Source: a virus | Length of the DNA stretch: 64,000 nt | Reading direction: 5' to 3' (one strand) | Virus record (IMG/VR): IMGVR_UViG_3300037245_003639 | In this document: positions 8,439-17,621 of the stretch, one piece after another | Numbering within the stretch: position 1 is the stretch's first letter | Layout of the letters: each line of letters begins with the position of its first letter | The notes under the pieces: model-generated | Told to the model about the DNA's origin: nothing | What the model saw: only the letters and a program-made list of their open reading frames with translations | The model's database searches: none | Program-made: the position numbers and the translations under genes

Positions 8439-8791
8439 TTTGACTCCAGTTGTTTTTCAGCCTTGTCTATCTTCTTGAGTTCTACTGCGATTTTCTGACG
8501 AGCCCATTCGCCATTGGCTCCATCAACAAACTCGCGGCAGAGTTGCATTACTTTATCCCTCCCGCGTTCCACTTTCGTATGCAAGTTCCAACGCAGGTCT
8601 TGATCTTTACTCTCTGCCTCCCATTTGGCGCTCCGCGCAGCCCTTCGTTTCTCGACTAGACTCGGAGCATGTTGCCAACAATAGAACTCTCCACCCTCTT
8701 TGATTGTGCCTGTCCGAATACACTGGTGATCCCACGGACCACTCAACAGGGTTGGGCTACTACATTGCGGCTTGTCTCTTTCGCGGGCCAT
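8435..8791 (-). CDS. hypothetical protein (leaderless mRNA)
   Basis: The ATG at 8791 lies 6 nt downstream of the -10 of promoter 8798..8826. Confidence 0.5.
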   Translation of the reverse strand: MARERDKPQCSSPTLLSGPWDHQCIRTGTIKEGGEFYCWQHAPSLVEKRRAARSAKWEAESKDQDLRWNLHTKVERGRDKVMQLCREFVDGANGEWARQKIAVELKKIDKAEKQLESK

Positions 8792-8797
8792 AACGGC

Positions 8798-8826
8798 AAT
8801 ATAGCCGTTTACCGAAAGATTGTCAA
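8798..8826 (-). promoter_or_regulatory. sigma70-type promoter (TTGACA-17-TATATT)
   Basis: ccTTGACAatctttcggtaaacggcTATATT. Confidence 0.6.
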
Positions 8827-8865
8827 GGATTTTAGAGGGAGTGTTTCAGGCAGCGAGAACGGCAT

Positions 8866-9147
8866 TCAGATGCGTACATGCGGGGCTATCTCGGTCTTGA
8901 CTTCAACGATATTGACGATGTTGCCGCGTGAACGGCCTGTTGGACCAAAGGAATTAACCCAGCTCTCAATATGGGCTTCGGTGGTCGAGGGACTTTCCAG
9001 CAGTTTCTTTGCCCCTTCTTCATTCTCAAGGATTGTGTTGTTATTGTTCTCTTCCAGCAACACGCGGAGGAGAGCGAACAGGTTGGCAAGGCTATATTCA
9101 TACGCATTGACATGGCCGTTGCTGTCTTGGATGATGATTGCTTTCAT
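8866..9147 (-). CDS. hypothetical protein
   Basis: ORF 8866..9249 trimmed to the MKAII start. It lies directly downstream of the U-tract terminator of ncRNA candidate 1. Confidence 0.4.
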   Translation of the reverse strand: MKAIIIQDSNGHVNAYEYSLANLFALLRVLLEENNNNTILENEEGAKKLLESPSTTEAHIESWVNSFGPTGRSRGNIVNIVEVKTEIAPHVRI

Positions 9148-9160
9148 CGTTCGTCTCGGA

Positions 9161-9446
9161 GAAAAAAATCTGCCATGATGCCGACTTACTTTGACTGTCT
9201 GCGAGCTACCGCTCTTGCGTGCTTCCGTTACACCACACCACATAAACACAATATATGCGTCTCATGGATGGACGGATTCGAACCGCCATTTCCAAACCAT
9301 CAAGACGGCGACTACGGAATCGAATCGCAGGAAGTTGGCGCTGCTGTGTAGCCGACCGCATTGTCTGCCGACAATGGGCGGGGTGGCCCTTCCTGGCGAT
9401 ATCCGTCCAAGGCCCGCTCATGGCTTCGACGGGCAGCCGTGTCTCA
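9161..9446 (-). ncRNA. structured small RNA candidate 1 (tRNA-like T-arm module)
   Basis: Promoter 9453..9481 predicts a start near 9446. The transcript contains GGCGGTTCGAATCCGTCC, a T-arm-like hairpin. A 7-bp long-range helix TGGACGG/CCGTCCA (+ coordinates 9403-9409 and 9269-9275) encloses about 141 nt, and there is an internal hairpin CATTGTC-GGCA-GACAATG. It ends with GATTTTTTTC (+ coordinates 9161-9170). Confidence 0.4.
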
Positions 9447-9452
9447 CTCAAT

Positions 9453-9481
9453 TTTATATCGGATAGCAGCCAGATTGTCAA
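9453..9481 (-). promoter_or_regulatory. sigma70-type promoter (TTGACA-17-TATAAA) driving ncRNA candidate 1
   Basis: cccTTGACAatctggctgctatccgaTATAAA. No ORF lies downstream for about 290 nt. Confidence 0.6.
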
Positions 9482-9647
9482 GGGAAATCTCAGACGACGG
9501 GAGCGGAGGGGTGGTCTATCATTGACGAGGCATCCCACGTTCATCGGGCCTTGCGAGCCCTCCAGTGGGCGGTATACGTCCTCTTCCACCTATTACTTTG
9601 CACTCCGCTCTTTCAGCAGCGTCCTGCCTAGTCGCCCGACCATGGTT

Positions 9648-10736
9648 TCACTTAGTTCGATACCCTCTACGAGCCTTCGTATTCACAGGCAGATCCGGTC
9701 TCACCGTAGTCTGCCCGAAAAACATCAACTTCACCATAGCTTTTCCTGGCCCGTGCCTGACCCAATGCCAGTGGGCTCCCCGCTGATGTTGGAAACTCAA
9801 TACTGAGCCATCTCCTGGCTCTCCTGAGCCCGTCTGACAGCCCGGAATGACGATTTCCCGCCCCATAGTCCAACCATGCTTGTGATTTCGTATGGCTCGG
9901 CTAATGATGCGCTCCTGAATCTCGGTATCTTCTTTTTGCTTCGCATCCAAATAGCGAAGTAGGTCTCTGTTTAGAACGTCACATTCGACGATTTTGTCTC
10001 CACCCGTGGCGAGAAAAGTTACGGCGACAGCAATCCTGTAACAGGCATCGATAACCGTGAGCGGGATGGGGATTCCACCATTAGCGACGCAATTGTCTTT
10101 GATATACAAACCCTTCTCTATATTCTTGCCCAAGACTTCTTCAACTGTCTGGGTCTCATCAGAGAACAACAACTGCTGATACGTAAGAATCGGATACTGC
10201 TGTTCCCCCATCGGCTCAAGTTCATTCACGTCTATAAAGATGATGATTTGGCGGAATTCACCCTCTACCACGCCCCCTTGAGGATTGCCGAATACTAACC
10301 CTGGATGCTTGCCTTGTTGATCACCGCCAACCAGGATGGTTCGAACGTAATGATTATCATCAATTTTAAGAACATCGACATTGTGTTCTTTAGGCAAGCG
10401 AATGATAAAAGCAGGAAAGGGTAAACGGAAGTATTCCGATGGAACATCCAGTTTGGTAGAGACAAAATACGGAAGCAAATCAGGATAAATTTTGTAATAG
10501 GGTCTCCGGTTCAGTTCCCAACTTCTCTCGCAGGTGTATTGGATATTGCCGAGAGTTGGTGTAAGCGTCTGCTCTATTGTAGCCTGCCCTCGTTTCTGGG
10601 CGTCAGACGACCTTAGAGCATCAGCAACTGTTCGTTTCAGCTCCTGATCATACCAATCGAGGGCAGACAGGGAAGTTCCCTTAAGCCGACGTATCAGATC
10701 GTAGATAGAAAGATATTCGTGAAATTCCATATGCAC
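9648..10736 (-). CDS. hypothetical protein (362 aa)
   Basis: Long clean ORF, no confident motif. Confidence 0.5.
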   Translation of the reverse strand: MHMEFHEYLSIYDLIRRLKGTSLSALDWYDQELKRTVADALRSSDAQKRGQATIEQTLTPTLGNIQYTCERSWELNRRPYYKIYPDLLPYFVSTKLDVPSEYFRLPFPAFIIRLPKEHNVDVLKIDDNHYVRTILVGGDQQGKHPGLVFGNPQGGVVEGEFRQIIIFIDVNELEPMGEQQYPILTYQQLLFSDETQTVEEVLGKNIEKGLYIKDNCVANGGIPIPLTVIDACYRIAVAVTFLATGGDKIVECDVLNRDLLRYLDAKQKEDTEIQERIISRAIRNHKHGWTMGREIVIPGCQTGSGEPGDGSVLSFQHQRGAHWHWVRHGPGKAMVKLMFFGQTTVRPDLPVNTKARRGYRTK

Positions 10737-10761
10737 AATCTAACAGGGGACAAGCAGAATG

Positions 10762-11577
10762 TCAAGAGCGTCTTCGCAACTCTTTGATTCCTTTCCAGAT
10801 ACCGACAAGGAATCCTATCCATACCCCAAAAGAAAACGCCCATCCGGTGGGTGTAAGTTCTGCTTGAAACAGACTGGCAGAACCGACCTTCAAAGTAAAA
10901 GCAGATGCAGTCTTCATGTCAAGCGAGCCAAAACTAAGAGCGTAAAGAATTAGCAAAATAGCCACGCCAAGAACGGCTCCGGAGGCGGTGTAGAATAACC
11001 ATGCCCCCAAACCGTTGGATAGTCGTCGTCCGAGGGTCTCTTTTGGTTGCCCGATAATCAGGATCTTTTCTGTTTCATCCATTTTTCTCTCCGTTGAAGG
11101 TTCAGGAGTATAACTCGGAACCCGGTCGTTCAGAATCCATCGGATAACTTTTCGCTGCCTGTCTGCGATATGATACTGAGTCCGCAGAATCGCCTCCAAA
11201 TGTCCTGTATCTGCGTCTTTCAAACGAATCCAACGTAACGGCCCAAGACCATCCTCGCCCATCGTTCCCCATAAGGCACAGTAAGCCAGTTCCTCAATTG
11301 TAGGATTATGAGTGACTAACGTTGCATTGGCTTCATTGACTTCATTGACCCCGTGGGTCTTATCAAGGTATTCAGGGCAGAACGCAGGATGATACAAAAT
11401 GACCCATTTATCTTCGGGAACATATCCTAACTTGATGGCCTCAGGAGCATAAACGCGGAAAGTTTTGTCTGCGACTCTGCAAAGGATATCTCCGGTGCCG
11501 GCGTGAGCGGGATCATCTACTTTGCAAACTCTACCCGCAGCGATAGCTGGCTGTCCGTATTTGTGGTTCGTTCTCAT
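10762..11577 (-). CDS. membrane-anchored hypothetical protein
   Basis: Soluble N-terminal part of about 180 aa, followed by 2-3 C-terminal TM helices. Confidence 0.45.
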   Translation of the reverse strand: MRTNHKYGQPAIAAGRVCKVDDPAHAGTGDILCRVADKTFRVYAPEAIKLGYVPEDKWVILYHPAFCPEYLDKTHGVNEVNEANATLVTHNPTIEELAYCALWGTMGEDGLGPLRWIRLKDADTGHLEAILRTQYHIADRQRKVIRWILNDRVPSYTPEPSTERKMDETEKILIIGQPKETLGRRLSNGLGAWLFYTASGAVLGVAILLILYALSFGSLDMKTASAFTLKVGSASLFQAELTPTGWAFSFGVWIGFLVGIWKGIKELRRRS

Positions 11578-11852
11578 TGGGTTTTACTCCGCACAATATT
11601 CCCGCCTTGCTTCACCACTTCTCCCGTTCCAGCCGCAGTATCACTGATACGTTCGGGCGAAGGCACCGTGCTCACTGTTATCTGATCGGCTTTCTCGTCC
11701 AACGTTTTACGCATCAAGCCACTTTGGAGAACTTCCTCATACCAATAATCAGGGTAATCGCCAAGAGCGGCTTTCACCTTGTCGCAGTTTTCATTCCACT
11801 CTTCGAGGCTGCGACTACTGGTCATCAGTTGAAGAACTTCTTCTTTGGTCAC
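11574..11852 (-). CDS. hypothetical protein
   Basis: 92-aa ORF overlapping its neighbours by 4 nt at both ends (operon-like coupling). Confidence 0.45.
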   Translation of the reverse strand: MTKEEVLQLMTSSRSLEEWNENCDKVKAALGDYPDYWYEEVLQSGLMRKTLDEKADQITVSTVPSPERISDTAAGTGEVVKQGGNIVRSKTQ

Positions 11853-12136
11853 AGTCTTACTCCCCGAAGGAACTTGAGACTATCGATAAACCAAGTCTTC
11901 TGGATGAGACGTTCCTCCGTGTCAGTATCCTCACCGTGATTCTCATCCATCAAACGTGCCACTATCTTTTTGATGGTGTCGAGATCCCTGTCAGGCGCGA
12001 CGATAGCGAAGGTAGTATTGCCCGTGAAAGTGGGTATAGTCCTATTTCTCTCGTGCTTGCGTTGCGAGGGAAAGTCAGAAATCATAGACCACTTAACTTC
12101 CACTTCAAACAGAAACTGTTCGTTCCGCTCGGGCAT
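11849..12136 (-). CDS. hypothetical protein
   Basis: 95-aa ORF. Confidence 0.45.
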   Translation of the reverse strand: MPERNEQFLFEVEVKWSMISDFPSQRKHERNRTIPTFTGNTTFAIVAPDRDLDTIKKIVARLMDENHGEDTDTEERLIQKTWFIDSLKFLRGVRL

Positions 12137-12137
12137 T

Positions 12138-12671
12138 TCAGTCCTCCACTTCCATTGGTTTCAGGCTTCCCGTCAAAAGGCCCCATTTCGTCAAAGCAAC
12201 GATTGTTTTGGCATCGGTAATTGTTCCGTCCGAAATCTGTTCGACAACATGACCGACAGACAGAGTAATCGGCTCAAATTCACGCTCACCCGGACAGACT
12301 TCCAATCCCCAAGCCAAATACAAGTGGATGACTTCGGAACAGAATCCGGGGGAAGGCAGCATCGTTCCCAAAGATGCTATGTGAGACGGCTTGTGGCCGA
12401 TTTCTTCCACCATCTCACGGACCCCCGTCATACTCAGGGCTTCGCCTGCCACGTCACAAGTCCCCGCAGGGATTTCGATAACGTCACATTCTGGCCCCGC
12501 TCGATGCTGACTACAGAGCAATATCAAAGAATCCTCTGCGCATGGCGGGGCTTGCCCTGCCTTGAGATCCTGTGAGCCCCATTTGAGCACAGGAATCACA
12601 GCGACGGAGCCAGGGTGATCAACGACGCTATAGCCGTTGTCACGGATAACAACTTTGAAGGGAGCAGGCAT
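12138..12671 (-). CDS. NUDIX hydrolase, ADP-ribose pyrophosphatase-like
   Basis: Nudix box GTCDVAGEALSMTGVREMVEEIGH (GX5EX7REUXEEXGU). The N-terminal SVAVIPV resembles the ADPRase family. Confidence 0.7.
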   Translation of the reverse strand: MPAPFKVVIRDNGYSVVDHPGSVAVIPVLKWGSQDLKAGQAPPCAEDSLILLCSQHRAGPECDVIEIPAGTCDVAGEALSMTGVREMVEEIGHKPSHIASLGTMLPSPGFCSEVIHLYLAWGLEVCPGEREFEPITLSVGHVVEQISDGTITDAKTIVALTKWGLLTGSLKPMEVED

Positions 12672-12673
12672 AT

Positions 12674-13006
12674 TTACATCCTTGTAAAACGACGCATTTC
12701 TCGAAATCGATGGCCCTGGTTAGCCAAATGAACCATCACTTCAATGCGTGAGCATAGAGATTGGCAAGGGACGCCACCCAAAACCATATCAGCAGGCACC
12801 CGCGCATCATCGAGGGCCTTTTCAATATTCTGCGTTCGCCTATGAGCGAAAGCGAGTCTCTTGCCAAGTTCTGCGCAGAGATTATCCAACTCCTCGCGAG
12901 AAAGAAACTCATCGACAATAAGTTTATCAAGAGCCGCTTTCGCTGCGGGATCTATGACAGCCTCTTTGCAAATTTTCGCGGCAACTGGGAGCAACGCTTT
13001 CTCCAT
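12674..13006 (-). CDS. hypothetical protein
   Basis: 110-aa ORF with its ATG directly behind promoter 13018..13046. Confidence 0.45.
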   Translation of the reverse strand: MEKALLPVAAKICKEAVIDPAAKAALDKLIVDEFLSREELDNLCAELGKRLAFAHRRTQNIEKALDDARVPADMVLGGVPCQSLCSRIEVMVHLANQGHRFREMRRFTRM

Positions 13007-13017
13007 TCACTGGATAC

Positions 13018-13046
13018 AGCATACCAGCAGACAAAAAGATTGTCAA
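13018..13046 (-). promoter_or_regulatory. sigma70-type promoter (TTGACA-17-TATGCT)
   Basis: ccTTGACAatctttttgtctgctggTATGCT. Confidence 0.6.
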
Positions 13047-13062
13047 GGAGAAATTCGAGTGC

Positions 13063-13371
13063 TTAGGCGGGTTCTGTTTCGATAAGATGACCGCATTGAG
13101 CGCAGCGGAGTAGTATTTGATCACTCTTTTTGCATCGAATTACATCCGTGGGAATGCGACAATGAGGACAATCGCTGCCATGTGGTAGTTCAAAAACAGC
13201 GTCTACATCGTCAAGAGCGTAATGAGTTTGGTGATTAATTGCAAAATGATAACCGTTCCAGCCCGCCACCATCCAACCGTCAGTAACATTGTAAATCAGA
13301 TATGGGCCAACGGTTAGTTGCCGGGCGTCAGTTTTCACTCTCCAAATGTTCATCGGATTCTCGACTTTCAT
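13063..13371 (-). CDS. zinc-ribbon protein, paralog of 13898..14203
   Basis: The C-terminal CPHCRIP...LLRCAQCGHLIETE is shared with ...CSCGLP...LLYCSQCGNLVEME in the paralog. Confidence 0.5.
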   Translation of the reverse strand: MKVENPMNIWRVKTDARQLTVGPYLIYNVTDGWMVAGWNGYHFAINHQTHYALDDVDAVFELPHGSDCPHCRIPTDVIRCKKSDQILLRCAQCGHLIETEPA

Positions 13372-13383
13372 TTATCCTATCCA

Positions 13384-13412
13384 AGTGTAGCGGATTGGCA
13401 TCCTGCTGTCAA
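13384..13412 (-). promoter_or_regulatory. sigma70-type promoter (TTGACA-17-TACACT)
   Basis: ctcTTGACAgcaggatgccaatccgcTACACT. Confidence 0.5.
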
Positions 13413-13579
13413 GAGTTTTATCACCCGTATAAAACTAAACATGCTTCTTACCTTCACAACGAGTGCATTTGGGGTTAGGAGTGGGAGAGCCGCACCATCC
13501 ACAAAAGTTTCTGCTCAATTGTGGTTTCTTCCATATGCCACCTACCATTTTCCGGTGCGGCGGACGCGGAGGCACAGGA

Positions 13580-13873
13580 TTAATCGGTCTTACCATGTTT
13601 CCACCAATCTCCCCCAAGACCGAATAAGTCGTCATCTTCGTCATCTTCGTCATCATCCTCGTCGCCTTTGCCGCATGCCATACGCATGGCTTTATATAGT
13701 GTTTCCGCATCTATGTCATGAAGTTTTGCAACCTTGTCGATCATACTCTCAACCATATCAAGTATAGAATGACCCAATTTCTCGGCGGTTATTTTATCCT
13801 TCAGATAAGCATCAAAAACTTTACTTAGATCCTGCGCAATTTGCAGAGTTATCCTTCTTAGTTCCGACTGCAT
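13580..13873 (-). CDS. hypothetical protein with poly-acidic tail
   Basis: 97 aa; C-terminal DEDDDEDDEDDD. Confidence 0.45.
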   Translation of the reverse strand: MQSELRRITLQIAQDLSKVFDAYLKDKITAEKLGHSILDMVESMIDKVAKLHDIDAETLYKAMRMACGKGDEDDDEDDEDDDLFGLGGDWWKHGKTD

Positions 13874-13897
13874 GTTTTATGTTGCCTCCACACATCT

Positions 13898-14203
13898 TCA
13901 TGATTCCATCTCCACCAGATTCCCGCATTGAGAACAGTAGAGAAGTTTTTGGTGGCTCTTTCTACAATAAACTGCGCTAAAGGGAAGACCGCAAGAACAA
14001 TTTCTCTGAGGGGATTCAAAATCGGGAATCTGGTCAATCCGCAAAAGATATGCACCGAAACCGAGATTCGCCGAAGACATCTCATCACTATGGATTTTGA
14101 GACATCTTTTCCATCGTCGCGTTGCCCTGTAAGTCAAGAACAAATCAACAATAGCAGGGATGATAGAAGCGAGCAAAATCCACCCCAGCCAATTGAACTT
14201 CAT
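13898..14203 (-). CDS. membrane-anchored zinc-ribbon protein (paralog of 13063..13371)
   Basis: Trimmed to MKFNWLGW because a TTGACA element (14233-14238) lies inside the longer six-frame ORF. About 101 aa, matching its paralog. Confidence 0.4.
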   Translation of the reverse strand: MKFNWLGWILLASIIPAIVDLFLTYRATRRWKRCLKIHSDEMSSANLGFGAYLLRIDQIPDFESPQRNCSCGLPFSAVYCRKSHQKLLYCSQCGNLVEMES

Positions 14204-14393
14204 GGTTGTCCAATTGCAGTTCAATGACGCCATTGTCAAGGCAAAAACAATGTAGATGGATTGCAAGTAACCGAAAAGTTTGTTTCTGCGAGTCATCTCG
14301 CACCTCTTAGAAACACTCTCATTGCGGTCAGTATACTCGATTTTCAAACCAATAGCAAGCAGGAGCCCAAATAAGATTTTCCGCAATATAGTT

Positions 14394-14918
14394 ATGAACT
14401 GGCTCCAAACACATTTGGCTCAAACCTCACCAATCTTTCCTGATGAGGTTGTCGAGAAGTATGTCAAAAACTTCTCTCCCGGCAAAGATAAAGTAACAGC
14501 GCTGTGCGAAAATTTCGATGATTCTAATGTCGCTGATTTTGGAGAGTGGATGCTACAAAATAGACCTGACATTTTCCCTGGATATCTGGCAGAGTTAGTT
14601 CAACAAATGGAGACAGAAGAGGCAGAGTTTCAAGCCCAAATGTATCCCGGCAAAGCACAACAGAGTATGGGATTCATCTTGGAGGCCATCATGAATCGAA
14701 CTCTTTCTTTCGATGATATTCCTAGCCCCGATGTTCGCCAAAAGTTAATTAACCAAATCAGACTTGATTACATCCCATCGTCTGCTGTAAGGCAGTTTAT
14801 GCTTCAAGACCCAGATTTCCGAACAGAAATTGAGAGAATTATTATCAACCATTCTACTTGGGATGGTGGTTTATTGAAAGATTTGGGCTTAGCCGAGGAC
14901 TTTCTCAATCGGACGTGA
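14394..14918 (+). CDS. hypothetical protein (plus-strand gene inside the minus block)
   Basis: ORF 14280..14918 trimmed to MNWLQTHL. TATACT and TATAGT boxes lie upstream on the + strand. Confidence 0.4.
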   Translation: MNWLQTHLAQTSPIFPDEVVEKYVKNFSPGKDKVTALCENFDDSNVADFGEWMLQNRPDIFPGYLAELVQQMETEEAEFQAQMYPGKAQQSMGFILEAIMNRTLSFDDIPSPDVRQKLINQIRLDYIPSSAVRQFMLQDPDFRTEIERIIINHSTWDGGLLKDLGLAEDFLNRT

Positions 14919-14922
14919 TGTT

Positions 14923-15040
14923 ATTTTTTACCGAGATAATGAATGAGAAGAAGCACTCCCCTCACTACGAGCTTCCACAGTAGCGCAGCTATAAAGAATA
15001 CCGCGATGACCCCCATGGCACCAATGATGGCTTTTACCAT
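14923..15040 (-). CDS. 39-aa hydrophobic peptide
   Basis: MVKAIIGAMGVIAVFFIAALLWKLVV... abuts the stop of gene 15041..15409. Confidence 0.25.
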
Positions 15041-15409
15041 TTACTTGTCCCTATCAGGATGAGCATTCCAAGCAGTCTCCAAACCTGTACCCCCGCCTTT
15101 TTCGCTCGGTTTCTTGGAATCAGAATGGAAAGCAAAAGGAACAATCTTCCAGGGAAATATCCTGGCATCAACGTTCTCGCATGCCCATTCCTCGGCATCT
15201 GACGGCATGTTGAAGGCTCCCACGATTCTCTCACTGTCACCCACGCGGATTTGCAGACAGTAACTTTTCTTAGCCAGGAGTTGTAGAGCTTCATGTAACC
15301 CCGTCTGAAAAGCCGTGTCTACCAATTTCCCGAGTTCACCAGACACTCGGCCCTCAAAGCGTTTTCGGTATGCAGCAGTAATCTCTGCCAGTTCTGCTTC
15401 TGATAACAT
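15041..15409 (-). CDS. hypothetical protein
   Basis: 122-aa ORF. Confidence 0.45.
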   Translation of the reverse strand: MLSEAELAEITAAYRKRFEGRVSGELGKLVDTAFQTGLHEALQLLAKKSYCLQIRVGDSERIVGAFNMPSDAEEWACENVDARIFPWKIVPFAFHSDSKKPSEKGGGTGLETAWNAHPDRDK

Positions 15410-15417
15410 AACTCTTC

Positions 15418-15735
15418 CTACCCTGAGCCGGATTCAGTTGTCTGTAAGTCCGCTGGTACTTCACTGCGCTCAAGCCAGCGTTCGGCCAACAGCTTGACAG
15501 CCGCTTGGCCAATCGTCTGAGCCATATGATGTCCATTCCCATGCACTTGTCCCGCATCTTCCAGCCGCTCGAACAGTATGGCTGCGGCATAGACTTGAGA
15601 TTCCAAGCTCGCTCGGGCAGTTTCAAAGGTCACTTTTGGAACTGACACAACTTTCTCCTGATTCAGACAGGCAAGCGTCCGCCAGCCACAGCGAACAGCA
15701 CTAGGAAGAACAACAGAACAAGCGCCACAATCCAA
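15418..15735 (-). CDS. hypothetical protein
   Basis: 105-aa ORF. Confidence 0.4.
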   Translation of the reverse strand: MDCGACSVVLPSAVRCGWRTLACLNQEKVVSVPKVTFETARASLESQVYAAAILFERLEDAGQVHGNGHHMAQTIGQAAVKLLAERWLERSEVPADLQTTESGSG

Positions 15736-15821
15736 CCAGCTAGCGGCAAGGTTAATGAGTACGTTTTACGCCAACGCATCTGCCTAGATTGGCTCTTTTC
15801 GTCCATCGTCGTTCGTTACTC

Positions 15822-16019
15822 CTATTCACGGCGGGGTGCGTCGCGACGGATCTGGGCGTGACGATAGCTCAAGTCCTTTTGAGCTTTGCGGAAACCAGTC
15901 TTATCGCACTTATGCTCAGTCCCGTCAGGATTCAGAGGACCGCCCCCTGCACCCCAGAGAAAACGTTGGCCACAATAAATGCAACGTCTAAGTGGCGGAG
16001 GCGGGCCTTTGCCGCTCAT
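15822..16019 (-). CDS. small zinc-ribbon protein
   Basis: CIYCGQRF...HKCDK. Confidence 0.4.
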   Translation of the reverse strand: MSGKGPPPPLRRCIYCGQRFLWGAGGGPLNPDGTEHKCDKTGFRKAQKDLSYRHAQIRRDAPRRE

Positions 16020-16034
16020 TTCGTCAACTCCTGG

Positions 16035-16625
16035 TTACAACCTGGGTTTACGCGCTCGGAGCATTCGTGGCCGCTTTTTGGCCTTTGTCACCTTGGCTGC
16101 CGCTTTGGCTATTGCTGCCTGTTTCTCAGGGCAATCAGCCGTATGCGTATAACCCCGTCCACGCCTCGGGCCACCGCATTTGGAGCATGTCACGACTGTT
16201 TTCTTCTTCTGCGTTGAGCAATCCGGCTTGTGAGCGTAGCCCTTGCCGCTCGCCGGGCCTCCGCAAGCCTCACAGGTCTTCACAGGTTTGTTGGCAGGCA
16301 ACGTGGAGCATTCAGCCGCATGGGCATAACCACGACCTTTGCGAGACCCACCACAATCAGGACAGGTCTCAGGACGATCATCATCTTTCGCGACGATGAC
16401 CCGAGGATCATATACAGGAAGGGAAGGAACCCAGTCGGTCTTGCAATCTTTGCAAGCAATGGCATCAACTGGATACGTCTTGTCCGGCACGTAGGTGTAC
16501 TTAGTCGCACAAACATCACATGCGCCGGGAGCAGTATTCTCATCGTCTGCGGTTGCAACGGTGACAAACCCAATCTTGCCATGCGGCGTTCTCGGGTCAT
16601 TCAAATGAGCCTGAATTACTTCCAT
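16035..16625 (-). CDS. protein with three tandem CxxCGG-(R/K)G(R/K)GY(A/T)H..(D/E)C zinc-binding repeats
   Basis: CPDCGGSRKGRGYAHAAEC, CEACGGPASGKGYAHKPDC and CSKCGGPRRGRGYTHTADC. Start trimmed to MEVIQ behind the conserved leader and AGGGAG. Confidence 0.5.
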   Translation of the reverse strand: MEVIQAHLNDPRTPHGKIGFVTVATADDENTAPGACDVCATKYTYVPDKTYPVDAIACKDCKTDWVPSLPVYDPRVIVAKDDDRPETCPDCGGSRKGRGYAHAAECSTLPANKPVKTCEACGGPASGKGYAHKPDCSTQKKKTVVTCSKCGGPRRGRGYTHTADCPEKQAAIAKAAAKVTKAKKRPRMLRARKPRL

Positions 16626-16653
16626 CGTCAAATCTCCCTTTTCTGCTGCGCAG

Positions 16654-16682
16654 AGTATATCACACTGGCGAGAGATTGTCAA
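16654..16682 (-). promoter_or_regulatory. sigma70-type promoter (TTGACA-17-TATACT) with conserved leader
   Basis: ggTTGACAatctctcgccagtgtgaTATACT, then CTGCGCAGCAGAAAAGGGAGATTTG. Confidence 0.65.
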
Positions 16683-16865
16683 CCGTTATTTATATGTTCA
16701 ATCTTGCCTTCAATCTGAAATTTCCCATTGGCCCAAATCCGTAAATGTAAGGTTTCCGGGCAAAGAACAAAACCACTTACCTGAATTTGATCAGGCATTA
16801 TCAGAATAGTGGTTTTGTCAAAGCGGCAATCTTTAGTAGGTCTCTGTTCCTTCTTGTTGGCCATG

Positions 16866-17303
16866 CTATAATTCCGCAATGATTAATTCGCACCGTTCAC
16901 AAACCTCATCCCCATCCTTAAGTTTGCAATCATCACAGCCGCAAGGATGCTCATGGGCAAAATGGTTGAATTTCAACCGCACACTACCCTGGTCCATGCA
17001 GATTTGGTCATTATCCAAAACACCGCAATGAGGACAGTAGCCAGCCTTTTGGGTGATAGCAATCTCAGCAAACTCTTGACAACGACGACAAAAAGCCGTC
17101 GCCAAATGCCAGTCAAATTCGATGAACGGTTTCTCGTCTGATGTTGTGATCCGAGGAGACATGTGAAGCCGCTTCGTTTCCTCGTCTATGCAAATAATGA
17201 TATTGTGAGAATCGTGATGCAGCATCGCTCCCAAGACAGGTTCTTCTTCAAGTGTGAACATGCCCGATCGAGAAGGTTGTTTGTATACAGCCTCGTATTT
17301 CAT
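16866..17303 (-). CDS. Cys-rich zinc-binding protein
   Basis: CRRC...CPHCG...CGCDDC...CERC. Confidence 0.45.
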   Translation of the reverse strand: MKYEAVYKQPSRSGMFTLEEEPVLGAMLHHDSHNIIICIDEETKRLHMSPRITTSDEKPFIEFDWHLATAFCRRCQEFAEIAITQKAGYCPHCGVLDNDQICMDQGSVRLKFNHFAHEHPCGCDDCKLKDGDEVCERCELIIAEL

Positions 17304-17621
17304 AACTGCTACCTTTCAGGGGCTTGAAGAATCGAGGCACTTCATCCCTCCCATCACCGTCATATCTAACAAAATATCATAGCTCCAGCGACAACCCACG
17401 GCAGGAGACACCTGTTCGTCCCTCGATTGAGCAGAATGACGATTCCGGCAAGACCTGCCAGCACCGCCATTGCGACCCCTGCCATAAAACAGGGTTGGCT
17501 TCCATTTATTTCTCGTTCATACCATGACCTCCATGTCAAACTACCGCATCCATGCTTTCTTTAGGGACTAACTCCACGGTAGAGTTTAGCCTTGAGCAAT
17601 ATAACGCATCAGCGAGAAAAA

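Noticed and set aside
9255-9330. A canonical tRNA gene suggested by the GGTTCGAATCC T-loop
   Set aside because: Counting back from the T-arm, no D-stem or 5-bp anticodon stem with a 7-nt loop can be formed, and the 7-bp terminal helix spans about 141 nt. It is reported instead as a tRNA-like structured RNA candidate.
9255-9420. A phage attP core (the 3-prime end of a host tRNA) implying a temperate element
   Set aside because: No integrase or recombinase gene is recognisable anywhere in the window, and the element is promoter-driven and terminated like an expressed RNA.
10745-10765. The AATGTCAAGAG hexamer-like sequence between genes 9648..10736 and 10762..11577 as a promoter
   Set aside because: The gap is only 25 bp, there is no -10 at 17 nt, and the extended consensus (CC...ATCT) is lacking.
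17304-17620. A small membrane-peptide ORF (MAGVAMAVLAGLAGIVILL...) in the 320-bp gap upstream of nadK
   Set aside because: It has no RBS or promoter support and is below the length at which composition is informative. It is left unannotated.
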